From the sequence record OK040170.1: a stretch of DNA of 64,000 bases; one strand, 5' to 3'. Positions 37,578 through 47,354 of the stretch are shown in pieces. The number at the start of each line of letters is the position of its first letter. Positions within the stretch are counted from its first letter, which is position 1. The notes beneath the pieces are model-generated. The model was given only the letters and a program-made list of their open reading frames with translations, did no database searches and was not told the origin of the DNA. Both the position numbers and the translations under genes were made by a program.

Positions 37578-39137
37578 TTAGTGTGGTTGGAAGTCATTGA
37601 TATCTTCGAATGATTGGTGCCAACCTGCGCCACCGCCCTCACTGGCAGTTTGTGCTCCAGGTTTCTTCATGGAGAGATCTTCCCCATCGATATCATCAGG
37701 AATACCGATTTCAGTAAAGCGATAAGTACAACGTTGATGCTCTAACGGAGTGTTATCCACACCACGGTGTTTACCACGACCAATGTTGAGGTAAGCTACA
37801 CCGTCAACGATTTGTTTCTGAATGTTGATCTCCATGTCAACTTCTTGCGCGATCGTCTTACATTCGTTGTAGTACGCTCGGTTAAGAATTTCATTCAGGA
37901 ACTGGTTAGGACGGTCACGTTCAATCGCAAGTGCTTCGGTAGACAACTGGTGAGGAGTAATGAACAGAACGTTGTGCAGTACCATGAAGTTACGAGTACG
38001 CTTGAACAACGCTTGTTTATCACGACCGGTAATCCCGCCGTTATCGAAACCCTTAGTTGACATCATCGCCAGGTAGTCGAACGTACAGACAATAATCTCG
38101 TAGTTGTCTGCTTCCAAACCCAACACCAAAGATTGCAGTGAATCGAAAGTGAACTCATCTGGGTTAATACGGAACATCAAGAAGTGCCAACCGTTCTCAG
38201 CAAACTTATCGTGCATATACTGAGCAGCTTCATTCGGATCAATATCCTTCAAAGCGATCGGACGACCAATGGTCGGTTCGATACATTGCTTGTACATGGT
38301 ACGGATGTTGATCGGAAGGTCGTTCTCAGAAGAGATGAGTACGATAGCTGGTTTCTTATCCGGGTTCTGCAACTTAGGCTTGTTGTATAAAGCAGCCCCT
38401 TTGGTCATCATCATTGTCAGACCAGATTTAAAGTGGTGTTGTAAACCACCTACAAGGATTGCCTCACCACGACGACCACCACCCTGTTCACCGAACATTC
38501 GGTTAAGGCCTTGTAGACCGAACTTGATGATCTCTTCTTTAGATACCTGCTTCTTAGCTTTCTCAAACATGGCACGTACTGAGTCCACGTTTGTAAAGTC
38601 AACGAAGTCCATTACACCCGGAGCGTTCTGTGGAGAGTCATTCTTCTCCATGGCGTAATGTTCAAACTGGTTAACCATCGAACGAGCAATTTCGTTCAGT
38701 TCGAAGTCACCTTCTCCGTAGAGAATCTTTTTGGTGTAATCTGCCAGCTTGAGTTTAAACTCTGACTTACGAGAAAACTCGTTCAAGTCCATGATCAATG
38801 TACGGCAATGACGTTTGATCGCCTCTTCATCCATCTTGGCGTTCAGACCTTGCTCTATCATGTCTATGATAGAAGGTTCTTCGCTAGCCAGGATACGGAC
38901 GTTCTGAGAGATCAACTCTTTGCTCTGAGCCAAAGAAGGGTTAGCTGACATTTTTAGAATCAAGGTCTTCAGTGAGTTGAAGATCTCGATAGTTTGTTCT
39001 GTGTCAGATAAACCTTTCTCTACCTTAACATCTTTGAGGACACGCTTTACTAAACTCTTACTATCGCTACCCGCCTTAGCTTGGGTTTCCCAGTACAACA
39101 ACATCAGAGCATTTACAATAAGCAGTCGGTAGTTCAT
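37578..39137 (-). CDS. dnaB: DnaB-like replicative helicase (phiKZ gp118-like)
   Basis: GLQGLNRMFG, RRGEAILVGGLQHHFKSG (variant Walker A), FDYLAMM (Walker B), TPHQLS, RGKHRG. Start moved to ATG 39137 (GAGGA RBS). Confidence 0.9.
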   Translation of the reverse strand: MNYRLLIVNALMLLYWETQAKAGSDSKSLVKRVLKDVKVEKGLSDTEQTIEIFNSLKTLILKMSANPSLAQSKELISQNVRILASEEPSIIDMIEQGLNAKMDEEAIKRHCRTLIMDLNEFSRKSEFKLKLADYTKKILYGEGDFELNEIARSMVNQFEHYAMEKNDSPQNAPGVMDFVDFTNVDSVRAMFEKAKKQVSKEEIIKFGLQGLNRMFGEQGGGRRGEAILVGGLQHHFKSGLTMMMTKGAALYNKPKLQNPDKKPAIVLISSENDLPINIRTMYKQCIEPTIGRPIALKDIDPNEAAQYMHDKFAENGWHFLMFRINPDEFTFDSLQSLVLGLEADNYEIIVCTFDYLAMMSTKGFDNGGITGRDKQALFKRTRNFMVLHNVLFITPHQLSTEALAIERDRPNQFLNEILNRAYYNECKTIAQEVDMEINIQKQIVDGVAYLNIGRGKHRGVDNTPLEHQRCTYRFTEIGIPDDIDGEDLSMKKPGAQTASEGGGAGWHQSFEDINDFQPH

Positions 39138-39191
39138 TCTGTCCTCTATAGTCTTACTATGTGCACGCATCCATTACCATCGGAGGAATTT

Positions 39192-39758
39192 ATGCGTATC
39201 GATTCTGTGAGTCGGCTGCGAGTAGGTATTGTACCTTCGTGGCTCGCGGAAATAGTTTCCATGACACCAGACCTGGAGTTTTCCGATCTGTTGGTGTTCC
39301 ATGAATTAGCTGACACTAAAAGTTCTATATTATCAAAAGACGAAGTATTAATTTATGCGTTGACGCAACGCTATCTCAATACATTTGCCGAAGATGTTTT
39401 TTCTGACACCATTGCACTCAGTAATACTATGGAAAACAGTGCGTTCATTAATGATCACGCTGCCCGTATGTTGGCGTTGGAAAAAGAGACGCTGCTGAAA
39501 GATCAAATGGCGCAGGGTAAAGATCAACTGGGTATCTCCGGTAACCAAGATCTTATCCTGGGCAAAGAGTTCTACGTCCCGCTGATGCAGGGAACCGAGA
39601 CTTTACTTCTTATAGGGAGTAAATCCGCCGTTTATGAAGATAAACGCGCTTTCCTGAATGCAGTAGTCGAAGCCATTGCCGGATCCGTCTCTTACCCAGA
39701 CTTCCGTCATTACAACTTCTTCAGAGAGTACTTGAAGTACGCGATCACTAAATACTGA
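39192..39758 (+). CDS. Putative minor capsid protein (phiKZ gp119-like)
   Basis: ATG 39192 with GGAGG RBS; lies between dnaB and the MCP as in phiKZ. Confidence 0.6.
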   Translation: MRIDSVSRLRVGIVPSWLAEIVSMTPDLEFSDLLVFHELADTKSSILSKDEVLIYALTQRYLNTFAEDVFSDTIALSNTMENSAFINDHAARMLALEKETLLKDQMAQGKDQLGISGNQDLILGKEFYVPLMQGTETLLLIGSKSAVYEDKRAFLNAVVEAIAGSVSYPDFRHYNFFREYLKYAITKY

Positions 39759-39777
39759 TCCGCACATTCCCAAATAG

Positions 39778-39807
39778 TATGTAACTGCTATTACAGCATT
39801 GTTATGT
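39778..39807 (+). promoter_or_regulatory. Late-promoter-like TATG(T) motifs upstream of the MCP
   Basis: TATGT at 39778 and 39803; the phiKZ late consensus is TATG. Confidence 0.5.
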
Positions 39808-39877
39808 AAAAAGTGCATATACTGTGCTGTTAATCAATTCAGTTCCTAAATAACGTTATTTAAAGGAAAGAACCACA

Positions 39878-42166
39878 ATGGCAAGACCATCGAAAAGCGC
39901 ACTGCGCGGCAACCTGACCAAAAATCTGGTTGAGAAAATCCACAATGCGGTAATGCGCAACGTAAACAGCCTGGGCGAAGGCTCTGCCGCTGGCGTGATG
40001 TCCGTATCTCTGGAAAGCTACAACGACCTGGGTGTTAACGCTGCTGACGTTGACAGCACCCTGGATAACCTGACCCAGGATCTGGCCGAAGCGCAAAGCG
40101 ATGCGGTTGGTGCAGTAAACGCAATCGAGCAAGGTCAGTCTGACGGCGCCATCGTTCATGGCGGCGAGTTCATCGAAGAGAACGGTAACAAAGTAGCTGT
40201 TGAAGCTGCCGCTGTTCTGGCGATGTCCTTCAAAAACCCAGGCGCTTACTACAAGGACGGTTATTCTAACCCGGCCTTCGAAAGCGGCGTTATCGTCCAC
40301 AACATGGTTTCCTCCGGTGCCAACGGCGCCATCGCGACTCTGCCGGAAAGCAGCCGTCCGTCGTTCGAATCCTTCGACGAAAAAGAAACCGAAAAATGGC
40401 GTGAACACAGCTACGCTATCAACATGATGGCCGCTAAACAGCACCCATTCGCTGAACTGTTCTACCGCACTCAGATCATCACTCCTGACCAAGCTGGCTT
40501 CGTAATGTCGATCCGCCGTAACATGGTCTGGGAAACCTACCAGGGTACTGGTCTGAAAGGCGACGCCGTTAAATTCCAAAAACGTAACATCCTGCAAGGT
40601 CTGCTGGACTACACCGTTCTGGAAAGCAACAGCACCGAACTGATCCCGTGCATCCACACCGGCGAGAACGATGACCAGTTCATCGACCCGACCCTGGTTG
40701 CACCGCGCAAAGTTGTTCAGTCCAACGAAGAGTTCGAAACCAACTACCTGAAATTCGGTGTTGGCTTCAACCTGCCAATGCTGGCACAGACTCCTTCTCG
40801 TCTGCAGAAAGGTTCTCCAACCTTCTCCGACTCTCTGGACAGCCGTATCGCGCTGAAAGATCTGCTGGTAACCGTTTCCAAAGGCGGCACCAAAGAAAAC
40901 GTGAACTTCTTCGTGAACCGCGACCAGTACGCCGCGTACACCGCAACTCGCGAATACAACTTCCGTCAAATGCAGCTGAAATTCCTGTCGACCGTTTCTG
41001 TTAACGCAGAAACCAAAACCGTTGAAGGCGCGGAATCCGCTAACCTGAAAGGTCTGATCGACGCTGGCTACAGCATGGAACTGGCTGTTGGTATCGACGG
41101 CGAAGTAAACGTTGAAACCGGCTCCGGCGAAACCTACGCACGTCCTCTGAAAATCGCTAAGATCTTCGACAAAGACGGCGTTGAAATCGCACTGTCCGAC
41201 GCGCGCGTTGCCGCTCTGATCGCTGGCCTGACTTTCGAAGCTGCGGGTTACACCCTGGAAGCTCGTCTGACCAACATCAACCAACTGGAACTGGGCCTGG
41301 CAATCGACTCCGACGTGATGAAACACGGCTTCATGATCCCAACTCTGCCGCCGCTGGTTATCATCAAGCCGGCTCTGCAAGACGAAGAGAAAGTGTATCC
41401 GCGCATCGAAGCGCTGACCACTGCTTACCGTGTGCAGATGCGTAACAACGCAGTAACCACCCTGCTGAACCGCCGCGATACTCTGAAAGCCTACCTGGGC
41501 GTTGGCGTACCGCACCCGATCGAATCTAACCAAGGCCTGGAAGGTGTCGGCCAATACTACGTGCGCCCGTACTACATGGAAGCCGAAGTAGATATCCTGA
41601 AAGATCTGAACAACCTGACCTCGGCTGCTAAGCAGACTGACATTCAGGGTCTGTTGGTTAGCAAGATCAACGAAATGGTTTACACCGCTGACCAGCTGAC
41701 TGGTTACACCGCTGCTCTGGAAGCTGCCTTCCCAGGCCGTACTCCTAAGCCGCACGTAGCTATCGGTACCGACATGCGTCTGCCGCAGTACCTGCAGATT
41801 CCTGGCGACGACCGTACCGTTGGTATTGGTTACGACTACACCATCGCTCGTATCTCCGACCTGCGCATGAAAGATCAGATCATCATGACCTTCGTGCTGC
41901 CGAACGTTGACGAGCCGCACCCGCTGCAGCACGGCGTACTGGGCCTGATTCCGGAATACCTGGTTAACTTCCAGATGATCCGTAACCAGCGCATCGGTAA
42001 CGAAATCCGTCTGACTCCGCGCTACCGTTACTTCAACTTCCTGCCGATCATGATGAGCATTACCGTCAAGAACCTGGAAGAAGCAATCGCGGCGCGTACT
42101 GCTCAAGCGAACGACGTTAAAGTCACCAACGCTGCCGATTTCAAAGGCGACGCGTCTGGCGGTTGA
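39878..42166 (+). CDS. Major capsid protein (phiKZ gp120-like)
   Basis: 762 aa, strongest codon bias in the window, SFESFDEK maturation site, QHPFAELFYRTQIITPD; position next to dnaB. Confidence 0.92.
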   Translation: MARPSKSALRGNLTKNLVEKIHNAVMRNVNSLGEGSAAGVMSVSLESYNDLGVNAADVDSTLDNLTQDLAEAQSDAVGAVNAIEQGQSDGAIVHGGEFIEENGNKVAVEAAAVLAMSFKNPGAYYKDGYSNPAFESGVIVHNMVSSGANGAIATLPESSRPSFESFDEKETEKWREHSYAINMMAAKQHPFAELFYRTQIITPDQAGFVMSIRRNMVWETYQGTGLKGDAVKFQKRNILQGLLDYTVLESNSTELIPCIHTGENDDQFIDPTLVAPRKVVQSNEEFETNYLKFGVGFNLPMLAQTPSRLQKGSPTFSDSLDSRIALKDLLVTVSKGGTKENVNFFVNRDQYAAYTATREYNFRQMQLKFLSTVSVNAETKTVEGAESANLKGLIDAGYSMELAVGIDGEVNVETGSGETYARPLKIAKIFDKDGVEIALSDARVAALIAGLTFEAAGYTLEARLTNINQLELGLAIDSDVMKHGFMIPTLPPLVIIKPALQDEEKVYPRIEALTTAYRVQMRNNAVTTLLNRRDTLKAYLGVGVPHPIESNQGLEGVGQYYVRPYYMEAEVDILKDLNNLTSAAKQTDIQGLLVSKINEMVYTADQLTGYTAALEAAFPGRTPKPHVAIGTDMRLPQYLQIPGDDRTVGIGYDYTIARISDLRMKDQIIMTFVLPNVDEPHPLQHGVLGLIPEYLVNFQMIRNQRIGNEIRLTPRYRYFNFLPIMMSITVKNLEEAIAARTAQANDVKVTNAADFKGDASGG

Positions 42167-42217
42167 ACGCTCGCAGAGGCCTTTGAAGAAACCTTACCGG
42201 GTTTCGATCCGGCCTAG
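42164..42217 (+). other. Putative UGA readthrough extension of the MCP (X-TLAEAFEETLPGFDPA)
   Basis: TGA-A stop, 16 in-frame sense codons to TAG 42215-42217, all upstream of the terminator; the peptide matches motifs in ORFs 50639 and 54251. Confidence 0.7.
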
Positions 42218-42227
42218 GCCACAAGCC

Positions 42228-42264
42228 AATAAACCAGGGACCTTCGGGTCCCTGGTTTATTTTG
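42228..42264 (+). terminator. Strong intrinsic terminator after the MCP
   Basis: AATAAACCAGGGACC-TTCG-GGTCCCTGGTTTATT followed by TTT. Confidence 0.92.
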
Positions 42265-42295
42265 CCCTATTTCCATATCGACTTAAGTTCATGTA

Positions 42296-42303
42296 TATAT
42301 TAC
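42296..42303 (+). promoter_or_regulatory. phiKZ-type early promoter motif TATATTAC
   Basis: Exact consensus upstream of the operon containing the non-virion RNAP subunit, where an early promoter is expected. Confidence 0.7.
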
Positions 42304-42387
42304 TACCTTGGAGTTGTGATGGAGTCGCGATCCATTACTAAGTTCTAACAGATCTGTTTCAACAAATTCTATTGGGGTACCATTACC

Positions 42388-43425
42388 GTGACACTTAAGA
42401 AGAGCACATGGAGAACAAACAGTACTATCCTGAACCCTAAACGGTTGGATGTACTGAATAAAGAACTGGAGGCATCTCAAGTAACAATCGAAGTACGCGT
42501 TGTTAACTTGTTGAACCACCCGGTTATGGTTAAAGAGAACAGCGGCAATCGTCATGTAGTAAATCCGAAGAACGTACCTGCTGCTGGTCGCTGTATTGCG
42601 ATCAGTGTTGTATTTTCTTACGCCAACAGCTTAGTTAAAATTAACGCTGACCACGATTACTCTGAGGAGTACATTCACGATGTGCTCGAACGGTATAAGG
42701 GATTTGCTAGCGTCCATGTCGATGACACGGATGTTTTCAATCGCTTTAATCGTAACTATTCTCGTCTGGTAATGGCTTTCGACGAGCGTAATCTGAAGTC
42801 CTTAGGTAATCTGCTGGAGATTGCAGAATGGGGTATTAGTATCGACTGTAGCAGAGATGCGGCGACTAGAACCCTAGAGTCTGAATTTATCGAGGCTCAT
42901 TTACCGAATGTGAAACCCGATAATGATTGTCGTTATAGTGGCGTATGTGTCACTTTAAACGATCCTGATAATCGGCTACCAAGAGCATTCTATCGGATTG
43001 GCAGTGAGGTATTCGAGATAGATCTAGATCGAACGGCCGGTTGTGAACCGGGCGTCGAGCTGGCTGCTTGGAACATCATGATGCCGTCGATGGTGCCGAT
43101 GGAAGAAACTCGAATGAAGTTCTCTATCGACGAAGCATTGTCAGGGGAAAATCCATTGGGGTTGAAAGTATTCACATCTTTGGAAGAGGCTTATGCTTCT
43201 CCAGAAAACGAACTCAAACGAGTTAAGGACGAAGTAGCGAAAGAGAAAGTCAAACAGCGAGATGATAAGCGTACCAGTGTTCGAGAAGAAAAGCTGAAAT
43301 TCGGTCATGGTATCCTTAAGATCTTTAATGAGGCCGTGAAGACTACGTTACCGATATTAGTGAGTTGGGGTGCCAAGTTGTTTGGTATCTTTAAACGTTC
43401 TTCTTCAATAATGGCTTTAATCTAA
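42388..43425 (+). CDS. Hypothetical protein
   Basis: 345 aa, GTG start, hydrophobic/basic C-terminus. Confidence 0.75.
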   Translation: MTLKKSTWRTNSTILNPKRLDVLNKELEASQVTIEVRVVNLLNHPVMVKENSGNRHVVNPKNVPAAGRCIAISVVFSYANSLVKINADHDYSEEYIHDVLERYKGFASVHVDDTDVFNRFNRNYSRLVMAFDERNLKSLGNLLEIAEWGISIDCSRDAATRTLESEFIEAHLPNVKPDNDCRYSGVCVTLNDPDNRLPRAFYRIGSEVFEIDLDRTAGCEPGVELAAWNIMMPSMVPMEETRMKFSIDEALSGENPLGLKVFTSLEEAYASPENELKRVKDEVAKEKVKQRDDKRTSVREEKLKFGHGILKIFNEAVKTTLPILVSWGAKLFGIFKRSSSIMALI

Positions 43426-43442
43426 CTGTGGAGTAATCGATT

Positions 43443-45056
43443 GTGGATAATCGCTTGTATCAAGACATCATAGCAGACCTTCCTCAGTTTAACCCAGATA
43501 TCGCAAAGGGTTATTCTGTAAAGGACATGGAAGACGCGGAGGAGTATATCCATCGTATCTTCGAATGTGCTTCTGCTGACTTCCCGCCTATCTTCAAATT
43601 TGTGGGACTCCGTAGACTAACGCCTGAAGAGGAACAGCGTGAAATCGAACGGACTAGCGAGCGAATCCCGGAACGTGATGTCTCTCAGACAGACGTTTAC
43701 ATGTGTGAGGCTATCTTCGACTTCGACGGTCAGAAGGTAACTCGTAATATCAACCTGCCGTATATGCGTGAAGCTGGCACGATCTTCCTGCGCGGAAGTC
43801 GTAGCACAATTCACCCGATCCTAGCCGACCTGGTGTTCAGCGTCTCCGACCTCGGTTTGTTTACGATGTTGTTGAGAGCTAAGTTTACCCTTACCCGCAC
43901 CAACTATGGTGTCCTGAAGGATGGTGAGTCTATTACTCACTTCGTGGTAGCTGGGAACATTTACCAGAGCAAAGAGAGTGTTGCGGATTCCCGCAAGGCC
44001 AACAAAGTCGAATCGACTATTGGCCATTACCTGTTTTGCAAGTATGGCGTTACCGAGACATTCAAACGGTATTATGACACTGATGTCATTATCGAAGAGA
44101 AGCGTCCGGGACTATCGGAGATCTATCCGGTAGAGGACTATGTAATGTTTACGACTATGGGTTTGCCGCCTCTCGAAAAACGACGCCGCGAACAGTCGGA
44201 TTGGACTCCGACTAATCTAGTACTCATTATCCCTCGGGACAAATGTGAGGAACATCCAGGGGTATCTCTTCTGGCCACTCACTTCTTCTACGTAATCGAT
44301 CAGTTCCCAAGCCGTTTCACTTTGGAACACATCGATCAAGATGGCACCTGGCGCATCGCAATGGGGTATATTTTACACCGCGCCAAAGAGAACGAAGGTA
44401 AGCTGCTTAACGAAATCGATAAGCACTTAAACTCGCTCGACCGTTACGTCGACTATGAAACAAAACGTCACCTGGAAATGGAAGGTATTCAGGTAGACAA
44501 TCTGTACGATCTGTTCGTTCATGTACTTGACACGATTACAAGTCGTATTGTTAACGATAACTCTGGCCGTATGTGGGGTAAGCATTTATTAGTTAAACGT
44601 TATGCACTGTCCGGTATTACTGAAGCGATCTTTAACTTCACCTGGCAGCTGGAAAAAGAACGTGATTCTCTGACGTTCCGTAGACTGCGCTGGACATTGT
44701 CCCGCATGATTACTCCAGATGCATTCCTGGGTATCCAAAGTAAACACGGGGAATTGGGTTCCGTCCAATATCCTGGTGATTGCATGATCTTCAAACACAC
44801 CTGCGTCTCTATTCGTCAGATGAACGCGGTGACGGGCAAAGGTAAAACGAAGAGCTTCAAACCTAACGAGCTCGCCTATCAACTCGACGGCTCTATTGCC
44901 GAAGCGGGTTCTGCCTGTAACTTTGCGAAAGGTTCTCCTGATGGCCGTAGTCGTCTTAACATGTTCCTCCACATCGACAAAAATGGACGTATCGTCCGTA
45001 ACCCAGATCTGGTGGAACTTATCGACCAAGCCCAGAAAGAAATTTCGAAATACTAA
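43443..45056 (+). CDS. rpoB: Non-virion RNA polymerase beta N-terminal subunit (phiKZ gp123-like)
   Basis: YMREAGTIFLRGS, HPILADLVFS, AEAGSACNFAKGSPDGRSRLN; position after the MCP. Confidence 0.8.
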   Translation: MDNRLYQDIIADLPQFNPDIAKGYSVKDMEDAEEYIHRIFECASADFPPIFKFVGLRRLTPEEEQREIERTSERIPERDVSQTDVYMCEAIFDFDGQKVTRNINLPYMREAGTIFLRGSRSTIHPILADLVFSVSDLGLFTMLLRAKFTLTRTNYGVLKDGESITHFVVAGNIYQSKESVADSRKANKVESTIGHYLFCKYGVTETFKRYYDTDVIIEEKRPGLSEIYPVEDYVMFTTMGLPPLEKRRREQSDWTPTNLVLIIPRDKCEEHPGVSLLATHFFYVIDQFPSRFTLEHIDQDGTWRIAMGYILHRAKENEGKLLNEIDKHLNSLDRYVDYETKRHLEMEGIQVDNLYDLFVHVLDTITSRIVNDNSGRMWGKHLLVKRYALSGITEAIFNFTWQLEKERDSLTFRRLRWTLSRMITPDAFLGIQSKHGELGSVQYPGDCMIFKHTCVSIRQMNAVTGKGKTKSFKPNELAYQLDGSIAEAGSACNFAKGSPDGRSRLNMFLHIDKNGRIVRNPDLVELIDQAQKEISKY

Positions 45057-45088
45057 TTTAAATCTTAAGTCTTGCTAGGAGTAGTAAA

Positions 45089-47272
45089 ATGAGTGACTAT
45101 AAATTTTCCGATCGTGACGTTGCTAATTTCGTTAAAGAAATCCTCGACACTGAATCTCGCCGTAATGAACTGATCGGCTATCTGGACGATCTGACTCGTG
45201 ATCGTCGTTCAGATGTTGGCGAGAAGCTGATGCGTTATGCAATCAGCGCTTATGCTCTGGAATATAACCGTACTAAGAAGTCTTCCGAAGACATCGTGTA
45301 CGATCTGGTTCTGTGGTATGCAGCTGCCCGTGCAGCAGACGACCGTGGGTTCACCCGTAACCTGAGCAATGCTGAAATGGATGACCTGGCCGATATGGGT
45401 CGCATGGCTCTGGAGATCATCGACGAGCTGGCAGAGATGAACGAATCTCGTAGCCGTGGTTATGGTCGTGATGATCGTCGTGGTGGTGGTCGTGAAAGTT
45501 CCTTCGGTCGCGCGGCACGCGAACAGGATCGTCGCGGTTATTCTGCCGGTGGTTCTCGTGGTTATGGCGGTGGTCGTCAGGAAGGTTATCGTTCCGACTA
45601 TAGCTCTGCTGCAGCCCGTGGTGTAGATCAACGTGCTCCGCAGCGTCCAGTCTATGGCGAACGTACCCATGCTCGGGAAGAGGCTCAGCCACGCGTCAAA
45701 ACTGCATTGGATGTTATGGCAGAGATGCACCTGAAACGCCGCCAAGCTGAAGCTGGCATTCAGGAACCAGAACCTCAACCACGTCGTCAGGAACGTCGTG
45801 TAGAGGAACCAACTCGCCGTGAACTTGCAACTCGTAATCCAGTAGACGCAGTTCGTCGTAACCATGCACCTGCTTACGAACGTGTAACTCCTGAAACCAT
45901 CACCAGCAAACCAGAGTGGACTGCTGACCCGAATGGCCCAGTAGCAGGTAACGCTGACTTCATCCCAGATGACATCGGTCAGTGGGGCACTACTGAAAGC
46001 GGTAAAGTTCTGCCAAGTCCTGAGCGTCCTATCACTCAGTACGAAATCCTGAACAACTGCTATGACCTGAACGATATCGAAGTTGTGGAAGCAATTCCAG
46101 AACGTCCACGTTTCAGTTGCAACGGTGCAGCCCCTTCCTGGGAAGCTGATGAAGTAGCGCCACAATGGAGCATCAACAAAGACGGTTATCGTGTACTGGC
46201 TTTCCGTAAACTGTCTGAAGAGGAAAAAGAGAAAGTGCGTAAAGAAATCCACACTATGCCGGAAATCATCGGCGTACGTAATGGCCCAGGTAAATCTCAT
46301 CCACAGCGCGAAGCTATTCTGCTGGCAGCTGGTAAAACCACCCGCTTCAATCTGGAAGAAGCACGTCGTCGTGAAGAAGAAGCTCGTAAAGAGTGGGAAG
46401 ACGTTGTAGCTGTTCTGAAAGCAGAAAACGAAACTCTGCCAGAAGAAGAGCAAAAACCAATCCCGGATCTGGATCTGAGCGATTACAAACCGACTATCGA
46501 CGAAACTGTGAAAGTAGGTAAAGTGATCAAGGCATTCGGCCACGATGCGCTGGAAGTTAAGATCATGGATCTGCGTACTGAGCTGGATACCGAATCCTCT
46601 CTGGATCTGCGTACTGAAAACTATCGTCCTCTGCACGATGCCGGTTCTGCTGAAGCAGCGCGTGAAATGATCGAAGGTCTGCGTGGTCTGGTGATCACTG
46701 GTTCTCCGGTTTCTAACGTAACTCTGCCGCAGATGCTGCGTAGCTTCGAAAACCGTGTAGATGGTCTGCCAGGTCATCTGATCGTGTTCATCAAGCGCCA
46801 CATCGTGAATGTCATCAACGATATCCTGGGCATGGAAATGGGCAGTACTCTGACCATCGACGACGTTAACGATCTGCGTACTATCGAAGCAGATATGGTT
46901 AAAATCGCCGGTGAAGAGTTCGCTGCTAAGTTCTCCGAAACGGTTAACGAAAACATCCGTCGTTTCGAGTTCCTGACTACTGGTGAAGATATGGGTAAAC
47001 CAACCTATATCGTTAGCAAGAAATCTTCCGGCGTTCTGACTCTGCCGGTGACTATTGCTGACATCAGCATGAAGAAACGTCCTGGTATCAAATTGATGTC
47101 TACCACGGTAAACCGTGATAGTGCACCAAAACTGTACCAAGCCCTGAACATGATGAACATGGCTCATGGCGGCTTCAACAAAGAGCTGTATCTGGCTGAC
47201 GGCACCTGGGTTACCGTAACCAAAGATGCCATGGCTAAAGGTCAGTTCGTACTGGCTTACAAAACCGCATAA
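45089..47272 (+). CDS. Hypothetical protein with an RGG/GYG-rich disordered region
   Basis: 727 aa, AGGAG RBS, optimal codons; low-complexity R/G/Y/S segment at about 45440-45625. Confidence 0.85.
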   Translation: MSDYKFSDRDVANFVKEILDTESRRNELIGYLDDLTRDRRSDVGEKLMRYAISAYALEYNRTKKSSEDIVYDLVLWYAAARAADDRGFTRNLSNAEMDDLADMGRMALEIIDELAEMNESRSRGYGRDDRRGGGRESSFGRAAREQDRRGYSAGGSRGYGGGRQEGYRSDYSSAAARGVDQRAPQRPVYGERTHAREEAQPRVKTALDVMAEMHLKRRQAEAGIQEPEPQPRRQERRVEEPTRRELATRNPVDAVRRNHAPAYERVTPETITSKPEWTADPNGPVAGNADFIPDDIGQWGTTESGKVLPSPERPITQYEILNNCYDLNDIEVVEAIPERPRFSCNGAAPSWEADEVAPQWSINKDGYRVLAFRKLSEEEKEKVRKEIHTMPEIIGVRNGPGKSHPQREAILLAAGKTTRFNLEEARRREEEARKEWEDVVAVLKAENETLPEEEQKPIPDLDLSDYKPTIDETVKVGKVIKAFGHDALEVKIMDLRTELDTESSLDLRTENYRPLHDAGSAEAAREMIEGLRGLVITGSPVSNVTLPQMLRSFENRVDGLPGHLIVFIKRHIVNVINDILGMEMGSTLTIDDVNDLRTIEADMVKIAGEEFAAKFSETVNENIRRFEFLTTGEDMGKPTYIVSKKSSGVLTLPVTIADISMKKRPGIKLMSTTVNRDSAPKLYQALNMMNMAHGGFNKELYLADGTWVTVTKDAMAKGQFVLAYKTA

Positions 47273-47354
47273 TCCACTTAATATGTAGCGTGTGCTCTCG
47301 TCGGTGATCCGGCGAGGGCTTCACGTCAACTATGAGAGACCCAAGGAGGTCCAA

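Noticed and set aside
39860-42106. 748-aa antisense ORF mirroring the MCP
   Set aside because: Codon-for-codon shadow of a highly biased gene; no independent evidence.
45209-47167. 652-aa antisense ORF
   Set aside because: Same shadow effect over the 727-aa plus-strand gene.
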